From Squalus acanthias (lineage: Eukaryota), in contig CM059438.1 of assembly GCA_030390025.1 (NCBI GenBank), positions 67,334,001 to 67,398,000 on the forward strand: a stretch of 64,000 bases of DNA. Direction: 5' to 3'. A model generated the notes under the pieces. It ran no database searches, had not been told where the DNA came from, and worked only from the letters and a program-made list of their open reading frames with translations. The translations under genes and the position numbers were made by a program. This document shows positions 1-12,151 of the stretch, one piece after another (position 1 is the stretch's first letter; every line of letters starts with the position of its first letter).

Positions 1-600
1 GTTATGCTTCTACTGTATAAAACACTAGTTAGGCTTCAGCTACAGTACTGCATGCAGTTCTGGTCACCACATTACAGGAAAGATGTGATTGCACTAGAGA
101 GGGTACAGAGGAGATTTACAAGGATGTTCCTGGGAGTAGAGAATCTTAGCTATGAGGAAAGACTATATAGTCTGGGTTTGTTTTCCTTGGAACAGAGGAG
201 GCTGAGGGGAGATCTTATTGAGGTGTATAAAATTATGAGTGGCCTAGATAAAGTGGATAGAAAGGACCTATTTCTCTTAGCAGAGGGGTCAAAAACCAGG
301 GGGCAGAGATTTAAAGTAATTGGTGGAAGGTTTAGAGGGGATTTGAGGGGAAATTTCTTCACCCAGAGGTTTGTGGGGGTCTGGAACTCACTGCCTGAAA
401 GGGTGGTAGAGGCAGAAACCCTAACCACATTTAAAAAGTACTTGGATGTGCAATTGGGATGCTGTAACCTGCAGGACTACGGACCAAGAGCTGGGAAGTG
501 GGATTAGGCTGGATAGCTCTTTGTTGGCCGGCGTGGACACGATGGGTCGAAATGGCCTCCTTCCGTGCTGTAACTTTCTATGATTCTATGATTCTATGAT
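1..600 (+). mobile_element. CR1 LINE 3' fragment (end of ORF2, 3' UTR and tail)
   Basis: ORF 4-507 has CR1 C-terminal motifs (LVRLQLQYCMQFWSP, RRLRGDLIEVYKI, FFTQR..WNSLP); ends in a (ATTCTATG)n tail at ~576-600. Confidence 0.92.
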
Positions 601-730
601 CATCCGAAAGACGGCACTCCTTCTGTAATGCACTGAAGTGCTAGCCTAGCTTTAGTACTCAAGTCTCTGGAGTGGAACTTGAACCCATAACCTTCGAACT
701 CAGAGGTGGAAAGTGCTAACACTGAGCCGA
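601..730 (-). mobile_element. SacSINE1/DeuSINE-like tRNA-derived SINE, 5' part
   Basis: Reverse complement matches the head of the SINE repeated through the window (ggctcagtg..gcact..ctctgagt..gaaggtt..gggttcaagttccactccagagacttgag). Confidence 0.75.
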
Positions 731-974
731 GAAGGCAGTGAGAAATAAGCAGTAACCCAGAACAGCAGAGCTTGAACACAGAGGCTGCAGGTGAGGAGAT
801 ATAGCTGGGGATGATCACTCGGGTAACGTGGAGGGATTTGAAAGTGAGGATGAAGATCTAGAGCTCAGTGTGCTGGGAAGACAAGAGACCAATGTAGTTC
901 ACTGAGGATGGAAGTCGTGGAGGTGCTTTAAAAAAAATAACTTGCAGTTCAAGAGAAAATGTCCTTTCAGAAAG

Positions 975-1325
975 TCCCAGGGTTGCGATCTCAAAAGTAC
1001 TGACAATACGGGCACTATGATTGGCCTCAACACCCCCAAGGCTTTGGGAAGGGACAAGATGGAATCAGCCAGGGTTCCTGCTCCTCGTAACAATCAAGTG
1101 ACTCCTTCAGGAAAATGTGCATATGGGATCAGCTGAGGACACAATCAGTGGGACTGTAATGCAACCCCCTCCCAATCCCCTTCATGATTGAATAACCTGA
1201 GGGCATACACTGTCTGAGATTACAGATAAAGAAAGGCCACTCGAATGAGTTGCAGGAGGATAACTAGAGCCCATAGAACCCCGTGGCTCAGTAAGTGTGA
1301 GGCCATTAGGAGATGAGGGGAAAAA
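975..1325 (+). mobile_element. Old SINE-like interspersed repeat (unnamed family; other copies at ~31190-31320 -, ~32930-33100 -, ~52400-52600 +, ~53330-53660 -)
   Basis: Shared degenerate blocks: agccagggttcctgctcc, gtgaggacaggat, gaagaatggccact, ccttcaggagag. Confidence 0.5.
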
Positions 1326-1814
1326 TGGACTTAGGAAAATCAATTTTGTTTTCAAAGGTGCCCATGTCTATTGGTCTCACTGAATGTTTGAATCACTGGT
1401 GCAACTTCTTTTTTGTTCCAGCAGGAGTTCAGAATGTTAGTTTAAGGGCAGGTGATGGGGTGGAAATCTGTATTACCGTGCTGAAATAAAAATAATGTTC
1501 TGGGTTATTAAGGCAATATGGCATTGAGCTGCTTTCTGTTGATTACAAGGAGGAAGCAAATGGTTAACAAAAATCCCTCTTGTACAGTTCCCATGGGTTT
1601 ATGAGTAGCCACTACTGAGTGGGCCACAAGGACCTCTTTATTTGTACTCAATGGATTACTAACGAATTAGTAGGAGTTATTATTCCAAGGTGGGCACTCA
1701 ATATACTTGAAGAAGCGTGAACTTAATAGGTTTGTGTAAAAACAAAGTTCTTTGGCAGTAGGTACCCAGTGTGTCCATTTAAGACAACTGGATTTGGCAT
1801 AATGTGCAGTCTTG

Positions 1815-2664
1815 AGCTATAGTGGGACGATACACAGACAGACTGGTGAAATGTGTAGACAGATGGCAGTTGCAATTTAACGTAGAGAAGTGTGAAGTGA
1901 TGCATTTTGTTCAGAAGAATGAAGAGAGGCAATATAAACTAAATGGTACAATTTTAAAGGGGTTGCAGGAACAGACTTCTTTGAAGACAGCAAAACAAGT
2001 TGAGAAGGCTGTTAAAAAGCATATGGGATCCTTGGCTTTATAAACAGAAGCATAGAGAACAAAAGCAAGGAGGTTATGCTCAACCTTTATAAATCGCCAG
2101 CTGGAGTATTGTGTCCAATTCTGGGCATGCATTTTAGGAAGGATGTCAAGGCCTTAGAGAGGGGACAGAGGAGATTTAATAGAATGTTTCCAGGGATGCG
2201 ATGCGGGACTTCAGTTATGTGGAGGGATTAGAGAAGCTGGAGTTGTTCTCCGTGCAGCAGAGAAGGTTAAGGGCAGATATAATAGAGGTGTTCAAAATTA
2301 TGAGGGCTTTTGATAGCGTAAATAAGGAGAAATCGTTTCCACTGGCAGAAGGGTCGTTAACCAGAGAACACAGATTTAAGGTAATTAGCAAAAGAACCAG
2401 AGGGAAGATGAGGAGATTTTTTTTTTACACAGCGATTTGGTATGATCTGGAATGCACTGCCTGAAAGGGTGATGTAAAGCAGATTCAATAGTAACTTTCA
2501 GAAGGGTATTAGATAAATACATGAAGGAGAAATATTTTCAGGGCTATGGAGAAAGGGCAGGCGAGTGGGACTAAATGGAGAGGTCTTTCCAAGAGCCGGC
2601 ACATGTACGATGGACTGAATAGTCTCCTTCTCTGATGTATCATTCTATGATTCTATGATTCTAT
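1815..2664 (+). mobile_element. CR1 LINE 3' fragment, frameshifted
   Basis: WQLQFNVEKCEVMHF and RRLRADIIEVFKI motifs; (ATTCTATG)n tail ending at 2664. Confidence 0.9.
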
Positions 2665-3420
2665 GGCTTGGATTTTGCAGTCGGCGGTGAAGTGATGGCG
2701 CTCGCTTCTGACCTCGAAGAAAGCTGCCCACAAAGATTTAATGGGCTCTGTGGCATCGATTTTCCTTTTCCCAACATGACTTTCCATCTGGCGCCATCTA
2801 TAGGGGATCTGTGGCAACCAGCCACAGTGCTGTCATCAAGCATGCTGAGCAGCCAATCACATTGAACCATTCTCAAAGACAGCAAACCAGGAAGTAAAAA
2901 GCAGGTTTTATCATTCACTTTTTAATAATTTTACATAAAGTCAAATAAAGATTGGGACTTATACATGGGATTAAGGTCAAAGCTGAAATATCATAAACAA
3001 ACTTCAAAAAATATATATATTTTATTATTTTAAAAATCTATGGAATTTTTATCATGGAATGGAGAAAATTACACTCCACGATATAACATTCGTTTTTCAG
3101 GGCCAGAGAGGTTGTTCAGCAGTAATTATGGATAAGTAAGCCATTAAAAACTCAGTTACACCTCATTCAACAAGGCTTAACGTTTTCAAAGGTTTTTACA
3201 GCAAGAATAGTGCGTAAAAAGTTGAAGTTCACGTCAAATCACTGATTTATAATTGATTGCATCTGCGAGGACTGCAACAGCGCACCCTGTGGAGGAGCAG
3301 GGTATCACTGACAGCTACTTCCGGATTTTCGCGTTTAACTTTGCATGTGTGGATGCCAGAAGTTGCTGTCAGTTTCAAAGTGCACTGTTTCACCATCAGT
3401 ACAACCTCAAATTCTGGGCC
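2665..3420. mobile_element. Non-autonomous Harbinger-type DNA transposon (MITE family A)
   Basis: Imperfect TIRs ggcttggatttt / aaattctgggcc; colinear with the copy at 7660-8430; flanks TAT/AAT. Confidence 0.75.
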
Positions 3421-3571
3421 AATATGTTTTATATGGTAATATTATATGTGTTCACATTTGAACCATATTTCTGATGTACATTCAATGTCAGATGTATTTC
3501 ACCTTTTTTGTACTGGTTCATGTATATTTTATGAGATTTGGTTATTTTAACTTGTAATATAGTCCACATAT

Positions 3572-4022
3572 ATGTGCTCGCTGACCTACATTGGCTCCCA
3601 GTTAAGCAACACCTCGATTTCAAAATTCTCATCCTTGTTTTCAAATCCCTCCATGGCCTCGCCCCTCCCTATCTCTGTAATGTCCTTCAGCCCCACAACC
3701 CCCCGAGATATCTCCGCTCCTCTAATTCTGTCCTCTTGAGCATCCCTGATTATAATCGCTCAACCATTGGTGGACATGCCTTCTGTTGCCTAGGCCCTAA
3801 GCGCTGGAATTCCCTGCGTAAACCTCTCCGCCTCGCTACCTCTCGTTCTTCCTTTAAGACGCTCCTTAAAACCTACCTCTTTAACCAAGCTTTTTGGCCA
3901 TCTGCCCTAATTTCTCCTTATGTGGCTCGGTGTCAAATTTTTGGTCTTACAATACTCATGTGAAGCGCCTTGGGACATTTTACTACGTTAAAGGCGCTAT
4001 ATAAATAAAAGTTGTTGTTGTT
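3572..4022 (+). mobile_element. L2-clade LINE 3' end
   Basis: LADLHWLPVKQHLDFKILILVFKSLHGLAPPYL and WNSL motifs; tail aaaggcgctatataaat...(GTT)n. Confidence 0.9.
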
Positions 4023-4929
4023 ATATGGTAAACTAATATTTTAATTGTTTATTTGAACTCTTTAAATACAATTGTTCAGACATGACCAAATTCCATAAGA
4101 ATGTTGCCAAATAGCTGCAAAATTGTTTCAACCAAAAGTAATGACCAGCACAGCTTCTGCAAATCCACGAGAACATTTACAGTCTCCTTAAATCCACTCC
4201 AGTTGCTCACAAGTTCCATCAGTTCTCCTTGATCTCCCACCAGTGTGCATTGAAACAATTGCTCCAAGTTTGTCAACAGTGGCTATATAGATGCAACCAA
4301 CAAATATTAATCTGCTGTTAATTCCTAGGAGTTTCCATTAGTCTCTCCAAGCTGTGTAATTAATGATTATCTGCTTACATGAATCTTGGATCTCGCCTTG
4401 AAAAATTATGGATGACACAGTTTGGGACTTTAAATCTCTCAATGCAAAGAGTGTCACATCAGATACAGCATGAAAAGCAATGCTATAATCATCTTCATAC
4501 AGCATATCATTTCTCATGCAAGACAGCGTCCACCTTGTTCATGAACATTAATTTGTCTCTATAGAAGATACAACTACAACTTGAAGTCATGTAATTTGTT
4601 TCTCTCAAGGCCTGCCTTAAAAATGCAACATTATTATTAGTTAACGCCTTTGGGCGCCTGTGAGTGTGAGTTAAATGGGATCTACCCATCAACTAAGGGA
4701 CTACTTTGGGGCTGGAGATGCAAGTTTGTGTTATCCACCTGGATTAGCAGCAAGTCAGTTACACTTGGTCCAAAATTCATTGCTCGGAATGATTATGTCT
4801 TTTCCATTTGGTCTTTATTTGGGTGCTTTCATTAAATTGGTGAGATGATGGTTTGGGAGGAATAAAGTAACTGTCGCTGAAAATGCTCATTGAGAATGCC
4901 AACTAGTAACAGCTGAATTGGATTTTATG

Positions 4930-5378
4930 AAAGAAAGAAAGACTTGCATTTATATATCACCTTTCATGACCACCGGACATTCCAAAGCACTTTACAGCCA
5001 ATGAAATACTTTTTGAAGTGTAGGGAACACGGCAGCCAATTTGCACACAGCAAGCTCCTACAAACAGCAATGTGATAATGATCAGATAATCTTGTCTTTT
5101 TTGTTATGTTGATTGAGGGATAAATACCGGCTAGGACACCAGAGATAACTTCCCTGCTCTTCTTCGAAATAATGCCATGGGATCTTTTACGTCCACCTGA
5201 GAGCCTCAGTTTAACGTGTCATCTGAAAGATGGCACCTCCAACAGTGCCGCACTCCCTCAGTACTGCACTGGAGTGTCAGCCTAGATTTTTATACTCACG
5301 TCGCTGGAGTGGGACTTGAACCCACAACCTTCTGGCTCAGAGGCGAGGGTACTACCAACTGAGCCACTGGCTGACACA
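4930..5378 (-). mobile_element. SacSINE1/DeuSINE-like SINE, near full length
   Basis: tRNA-like head, central aagatcccatggca..gaagaagagcaggg block, L2-like tail and (CTTT) end on the minus strand. Confidence 0.85.
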
Positions 5379-6871
5379 TCTAATGAATATGAAATAATAT
5401 ATAGCTTGGGGGAGGGGTTCAGAGTCGTGTACAGCCTGTGCATCAGCACTGTGGTGCACTGGGATGCACAAATCTAACATTGCATAACATTGGCCCCCGG
5501 TTTTGTTAGCTGTAGAAGGGGACCCTCAGTAATAGGAGATAACCTTTCAGTGGACAAAAATCATGGACTATGATTCATTAAGAGATTAGTCAAAATTGCA
5601 CTCATTTTTAAAAATTAAGTCAAAATCAGATCTTGTATAAATTTGAATTGGATAACAAACACAATCATAAGGTATATATCCCTTTTGTACACTCCTGCCC
5701 CGAGGCAATACTCTGCATCCCAGTTGGACTGTTTCTGCTCAGTTCTGAGAGACCAAGGTCAACATTTGAACACTTAATGTGTAATCCAGTGCAATGAAGA
5801 ATGCTCGTTGTGGTTTGGGACTGAATACACATTGTATTAATGCCAAATTTTAATGATCCATGAAATCAAGTGCATAAGGGATGCCATTATTAGCTAAATT
5901 TATCAGTTCTTGCAAACCGTGAAAACAAGCAAAATTATTATAAAAGAAGAAAATTAGAAAACATATTGGTCTTGTTGATGATACGCGATAAACAATAGAA
6001 AAAGAAAGATAATGTAGAAAATCTAGAAATAAAGACGAGCATAATGCTAACATTTGTTCTCAATTTCAGACAGCTTACTAAAAGAATTGTCGGTCTTGAT
6101 TGATTCTCTTGGCCTGAGAATGCACATATTGAGATACAGATACATTAACCAGTGTTCTACCCTGCTCGTGATCAGAGTTAGATAGCTGATGTGGTACGAA
6201 AATAAATTTTGCGAATTGTTCTTCAAGTAGACTGTAATAGGAATAACCAATCACCAAAGGAAGGAAAGGTTATTGGATGAGGTCAGCTTTTCAGAGCAAG
6301 GTCACTTTATGCAGAAGGACAAATCAAGTAAGGTCAGTTCTCACCAAATTGAAACTCTTAAATACAACATTTTACCACGGCGTTTTTAAATCATTCCACT
6401 GTTGCTGTATTTCATTGTTGCTTTATCTGAAGGAGAAATTCTTTTCAATCGATCTCCATTAGCGTTTTTGTCTGATGTTACATTCGTACTGTTATTCCTT
6501 GCCTATTGTGCTTTTTTAACACACAGTCATGGCCACCTGTACTTTATTATTAATTTGAGGTATTAGACGTAAATGCTTCAGCTTCGCCCGAGTGGACGAT
6601 TTGATCAAACTTTCAGCAGGATTGCAGGAGCAACCAGTGCAAAAAATAAATGAAACACAGCAATGGCCTAATATGGGTGAAATGCCATTCTTGTCATTTA
6701 CATTACCTGTAGACATAATTTATTTCAAGAGTGTTTACTTTCTTTTAAACTCTTGGAAAGCCAGTGGCAAGTACACTAACAATGCATTGCTTCCAAAAAC
6801 CTAATCATACTTTGGACATGATTTTATGAGCAAGCCACTGTATGCTGGAGAAAGTGCCACCCTCATCATTC

Positions 6872-7271
6872 ACTTTTTTATTTGTTCATGGGATGTGGGC
6901 GTCACTGGCAAGGCCGGCATTTATTGCCCATCCCTAATTGCCCTTGAGAAGGTGAGCCACCTTCTTGAACCGCAGAGGGCAGTTAAGAGTCAACCACATT
7001 ATAGTGGGTCTGGAGTCACATATAGGCCAGACCGGGTAAGGGCAGCAGATTTCCTTCCCTAAAGGACATTAGTGAATCAGATGGGTTTTTATGACAATCC
7101 GATAGTTTCATGGTCACTATTACTGATACTAGCTTTTTATTCCAGATGTATTTAATTAACTGAACTTAAATGCCCCCAGCTGCTGTGGTGGGATTTGAAC
7201 TCACATCTCCTAAGGATTATTAATCCAGGTTTACTGGATTACTAGTCCAGTAACATAACCACTATGCTACC
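6872..7271 (-). mobile_element. tRNA-derived SINE (family B) with a LINE-derived 3' tail
   Basis: Minus-strand head ggtagcatagtggttatgttactggactagtaatccag; tail caagggcaattagggatgggcaataaatgccggccttgccag matches the LINE end at 12541-12615; second copy at ~23828-24175. Confidence 0.75.
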
Positions 7272-7564
7272 ATATCTGTGAAAATGTATCGGTGCCAGCA
7301 CCGACCCTGTTGCAGTAACATTTTTGGGAGTCTTTTCATACGACCAGAAAGGTCTGAAAGCTTGTTGCTCACCAATTGTGACAACATCCCTACAGGTATT
7401 GAAACCTTTTTTTTCTGACAGAGAAAAAGTTTGTTGGGATTGGCTACCCTGGGTACAATAGGTCTTCACAGATCTTTGTGGGCAGCTAAAACCGTGCAAG
7501 TGTTGTGCCAGATATGGCAGTCAATCAGGAATGCTTTATGTGTCCTGTAAGAGTGATGGATATT

Positions 7565-8605
7565 CCAGGGTTTTGCTCTATTTTCTCTCTGTTTTCTCTT
7601 ATATTTTGTCCTTGCCAATATTTATCTCTCAACCAGTATTACTATAAAAAAAACAGATTGGCCTAGATTTTGCGGTCAGCAGCGAAGTGACAGCGCTCGC
7701 CGCTGACCCCGAAGAAAGCTGCCCAATAAAGATCTAGTGATCTCTGTGGCATCGATTTCACCTTTCCCAACATTAGTTTGATTCTGGCGCCAACTCTAGG
7801 GGATCTCCAGCATCCAGCAACAGTGATGTCATCAAGCAGCCGAAGTAGCCAATCACATTGAAGAATTCTCACAGACAGCAAACCAGGAAGTAAAATGCAC
7901 TAATTATCTTTCGCTTTTCATAAATTTTACAGAGCGCAAAATAAAGATTGGGACATACACATGGGATTAATGTAGAAGCTGAAATATCATAAACAAACTT
8001 TAAAAAAAAATTGTATTATATTAAAAACCTATGGAATTTTTATCATAATGGAAAAATTTGATATTCCACAAATATAAAATAATTTTTTTCATTGCCAGAG
8101 AAATTGATCAGCAGTAGTTATGACTTAGAATGCCGTTAAAAACCCAGTTACACCTCATTCAAGATGGCTTAACTTTTTCGTTTTTTTTTTAACAGCGATA
8201 TTACATCGTAAAAGGGGAAGTTCTCGTCAGTTCAGTGGTTTCAAAAGATTGCCGTCTGTGGGGACTTCAACAGCGCACCCTGTGGAGCAGTAGGGAATCC
8301 CTGACAGCAACTTCTGGATTTCCACGTTTAACTGCGCATGTGTGGACGGCAGAAGTTGCTGTCAGTTTCACACAGTAATGACAGTGAACGCTGACACTTT
8401 CGCCAGCATTACAACCACAAATTCCGGGCCATTATCTGGTCATTATCACATTGCTGTTTGTGGGAGCTTGCTGTATGCAAATTGGCTGCCGCGTTTCCTA
8501 CATTACAACAGTGACTACATTTTAAAAGTACTTCATTGGCTGTAAAGCGCTTTGGGACATCTTGAGGTCGTAAAAAGCGCTATATAAATACAAGTCTTTC
8601 TTTTT
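7565..8605 (+). mobile_element. SacSINE1-like SINE interrupted by the MITE at 7660-8430
   Basis: SINE sequence aaaacagatt|atctggtcattatcacattg is split by the MITE; the tail resumes at 8431-8605. Confidence 0.8.
7660..8430. mobile_element. Non-autonomous Harbinger-type transposon (MITE family A)
   Basis: TIRs ggcctagatttt / aaattccgggcc; exact 3-bp TSD ATT (7657-7659 and 8431-8433). Confidence 0.85.
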
Positions 8606-9021
8606 TCCATTTTCCTTGATTGGGGGAAGAACTTTCTCGTAGATCCTTTCCTCATAAGATAAAATATGTCTGGTAGAGCACGACAATGCAAATTTTATAA
8701 AGTCTGTGCAAAGATTGTCTGATTATTCGCATGGCCTTTCCTTAGTACATGTCATAACACTGCAATAGCTGCTTCTACATTGTCCTTAGAAGGTTGCTTA
8801 CACTGTTGGTTCTTGACACATGAGTCTCGCACACTTGGCAGCAACCTCAATGTAAACATACCAGATAGGCTAAGATCAGGTTTTTTTTTACTCAGGGCTT
8901 CTTGGCAGTCAATGTTAGCAGTTCCATCAAGTTTACATTGTGATTGCCAGTGGTGCAGGAGACCAGTGATACAAGCCCACTCTGAAGTCAGTGTTAAATG
9001 AATATGAATACCCTATGAATA

Positions 9022-9565
9022 CAGTCTCCACCACTTAAAACATCCACGTTTAAAACAGGCACTCGCTTATATTGGCCAAAATGCGATAACCATCAGCCAT
9101 TTGCATTAACGACAATTTCAGAGTTGTCTGTTGTAGCGTTTTAAGTGCTCCATTTACTTCGGGCAGAAACAGCTGTGCTTACTCACGAGTTCACACCTCA
9201 TTACACCGGGCTAGTCTTTGTTACATCTCTCTCTTGTTTTTATTGACGTCTCAGCTTCAGGTATCTTTAGCACATGCTGCAGTGTGAATATTAACTGTCC
9301 GTCTCTCTGCTGGTACACATCTCATTCGCTGTGCACTTGTATGTGGAGCAAGCCAGCGTGTGTGCTCTGGGTGACAGTCCCTTGACAAAGAGATCCACTC
9401 CATGGCTCAGCGTATTAGTATACAAAACCTACTGTGCCACTGGGAAGTTTGCAAAAAATGTACGGCACGGCAACTGAAGTGATTTGTAATTTTTTTAAAT
9501 TGGCATCGCGTATAGTGGGCAAATCTCATTCGCACGAACCTGCCCGCTATAAGCGGTGGGGGCTG
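9022..9565. mobile_element. Tigger/pogo-like non-autonomous DNA transposon
   Basis: Inverted ends cagtctccaccactta / taagcggtgggggctg (13/16 match); preceded by TA. Confidence 0.5.
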
Positions 9566-9637
9566 TGTCTATTTTGCATTGTATTCTGCATGAAGGTAGT
9601 TGGTATCAGCAATAAAATAGACTTGAGTGGCAATAAT

Positions 9638-9848
9638 AGGTCAGGCAGTATCTGTGGAGACAGAAACAGAATTAACGTTTCAGGTCGATAACCTACATCT
9701 CTAACCTTTTCCCGTTCTGACAAAAGGTCATCGACCTGAAACGTTAACCTATTTCTCTCTCCACAGATGCTGCCTGACCTGCTGAGTATTTCCAGCTTTA
9801 TCTATATTTATTTCAGATTTCCAGCATCCGCAGTATTTTGCTTTTCTA
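9638..9848. mobile_element. Penelope-like element terminal repeat in inverted (hairpin) arrangement
   Basis: 9638-9694 is the reverse complement of ~9725-9780; the same repeat occurs at 16776-16940, ~22285-22410 and ~46715-46820. Confidence 0.7.
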
Positions 9849-10644
9849 TGGCAATATATATCCTATTTGGATATATGAGATATATCCTACTTGGGCAAAT
9901 CTATCCCTGCTAAGAACAAACCTTGTTTCAAGGTATTGATTCCCTCTCTAATTTAATACTGTGTAAACCTATTCTGTTTCATGAATAAGAATGGTATTGT
10001 CATTTAAGCAAATAGTAATGCGGCGTTTGAGAAATACATTAATTGATGCTCCCGCCCATTGTTACCTGTGTAAATGCTAATTGGGTAATTGTTCATCTCA
10101 ATAGATTATTGTAACACCTCATTACTCACTAACTGTAGCAACTGCAGCTGGGACTTGATGTTTCTTGTAATGAGGCCAAGATTGTTAGTGTTGGGGAATG
10201 GGAGACCTGGCTTTTTATGCACCCATTATCAGCATCCAACACTTCTAGGTCAGCTATACTCCATTGCTGGCAACCAGGCTTGAAGATGTACATATGCACA
10301 GCAAATTAAGTCGCAACGAAAGGTGAAGTGGAGAGAAGGAATTATGAAGTAGAATAATACAACCAGAGAGTGAGGTACATAATGAGCTGAGAGAGGAAGA
10401 GGAAAGGCTTGGAGCCAGAGCGAGGAAGCTCAGGGAAAGAAGGAGTCCACTTCGAATCATGACATTGCTGAACATGCTCACCAGCAACATTGAATTACAA
10501 ACATACGACATTGATGGGCAGGAAAAGGCCAACAGGTGCATCAAGCCTGCCCCACACCATGACGGCCGGAGCATCATGACTACACGTCTCCCCATCTCCC
10601 ACCCACCCCCGCAGCCATGTCATTTCCTGGGCGAGGCAAACAAT

Positions 10645-10962
10645 TGAGAAGAGGTAAGAGTCGGTAACCAGAGGTGGCAGATTTAAAATAATTGGCAAAA
10701 GAACCAAAGGGGAAATGAGGAGAAATTCTTTTCAGAGGGTTTTTACGATCTGGAATGCACTACCTGAAAGTGTGGTGGTATCAGCAGAGGAACTTTCAAA
10801 AGGCAATTGGACATGCACTTGAACAGGACTAATGTGCAGGGTTATTGGGAAAAAACTGGCATGTGGGACTAAATTGAACAGCTCTTTCAAAGAGCCGGCA
10901 CAGGCACGACGGGCAGAATGGCCTCCTTCTGTGCTGTAAGCTTCTACGATTCTATGACTCTA
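10645..10962 (+). mobile_element. CR1 LINE 3' end
   Basis: tggaatgcactacctgaaag and gaatggcctccttctgtgctg blocks; ttctacgattctatgactcta tail. Confidence 0.85.
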
Positions 10963-11279
10963 CAAGAGTCCACTTCATATTTTCAAACAACCTTTTGACA
11001 TTTCAAACCTTTCACATGCTTAGATGGATCTCTCCAGCTATCTATCAGAAATGATGTAGCTGCACATTTAAAGCATCCTTTTATCCACTGACTACAATCA
11101 CACACTGCATCGCTTGCAGCCACTAGTCATTGCTGTGACATCAAAGACTGACGTTCATTCCACAGCGACCCTATTAGGTTGATTCTATCTATCATTTTTT
11201 GGATAACTCAGACCACTGTTTCTAAGTGAAATGCTTCGAAGATAAACTACTGTTCATTATAATGAAAAACCAGGAACAA

Positions 11280-11900
11280 CTTCTTAATCAAATGAATGAC
11301 TCCAGTTAGCATGACAGATGCTGTGAATAATGAAATAAGGGATATTTCACACCCCGATATCTGTGCTCCAAATTGAACTGAACTAAATATTAGAGAAATT
11401 CACTTAGAACAGAATTAATACAAAAAAAGAGCCTCCATCTCTCACTGCTACAGAAATTAATTGCAGCCAATCTGCTATAAAAGCTGCTGTCTTGGCAGGA
11501 GGTGTTTTGCATATCTCTTTAGCAGTTCCCATGGCAGCAGTCGAATCCTTGGATGAATGATCATCAAAAGTAGACAAATTAATAATACTGCTGTGTCGTC
11601 CTCTTTGAGACAGCATTGCCACTCCTGATATCGATTCAAATTGAAACCAGTTGAGAAAGTCAGCTAGCCTGAAGTGGTCTTCACTAATCCAGAATTGAAT
11701 TTTGCACCAGGCGCATTGTTTTTAGTGGACACATTTTGGAGGAGATGAACAATTGTGTTCATTGTTCATCAATAGCCTGACTTTCAATGCGATCACTTGA
11801 CTCAAGTCTTTTATTAGCAAACTCTACTGTGTTTAAGCCCACTTGTTGAATGAAGACCATTTCATCACTGGAAACTGGAAGAATATTTTTTACAGAACGC
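11280..11900 (-). pseudogene. Possible decayed Ginger/NOL4-like integrase N-terminal remnant
   Basis: Frameshifted translation IVHLLQNVSTKNNAPGAKF/QFWISEDHFRLADF...AAFIADWLQLI...LEHRYRGVKYPL..SICH resembles, from memory, the NOL4 / Gypsy-integrase-related N-terminus. Confidence 0.28.
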
Positions 11901-12151
11901 AGGTGGAAAAAGAATTAGGTGAAGCAACAGTGACACTACAAAATATCAACTGATTTTCTGGGATTACAAAAATACTTCTGTTTTTAAACAGAGGTCTCAT
12001 CATCATCAAGAAGCCTTTCAAAAACTCAAATTGTAACTGCCCCAGTTAAAGGCTACTTCAGAGATTGCTGTGTACGATAGTAGCATGTCAACAATGAACC
12101 TATTCATATGGCATTAGTTTGTCCTTTTCTTTAACACAGCCAACTCATTAA

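Noticed and set aside
4930..5378. tRNA genes suggested by A/B-box-like sequences
   Set aside because: They are SINE heads followed by SINE bodies; no complete cloverleaf
4507..6120. Possible minus-strand host exons (PRESIKTDNSFSKLSEIENK; QALRETNYM...)
   Set aside because: Acceptor-like sites exist, but the donor is weak and I recognise no protein
10330..10640. Possible Gypsy gag/SCAN-like fragment
   Set aside because: Only a short purine-rich, coiled-coil-like stretch; no diagnostic motif
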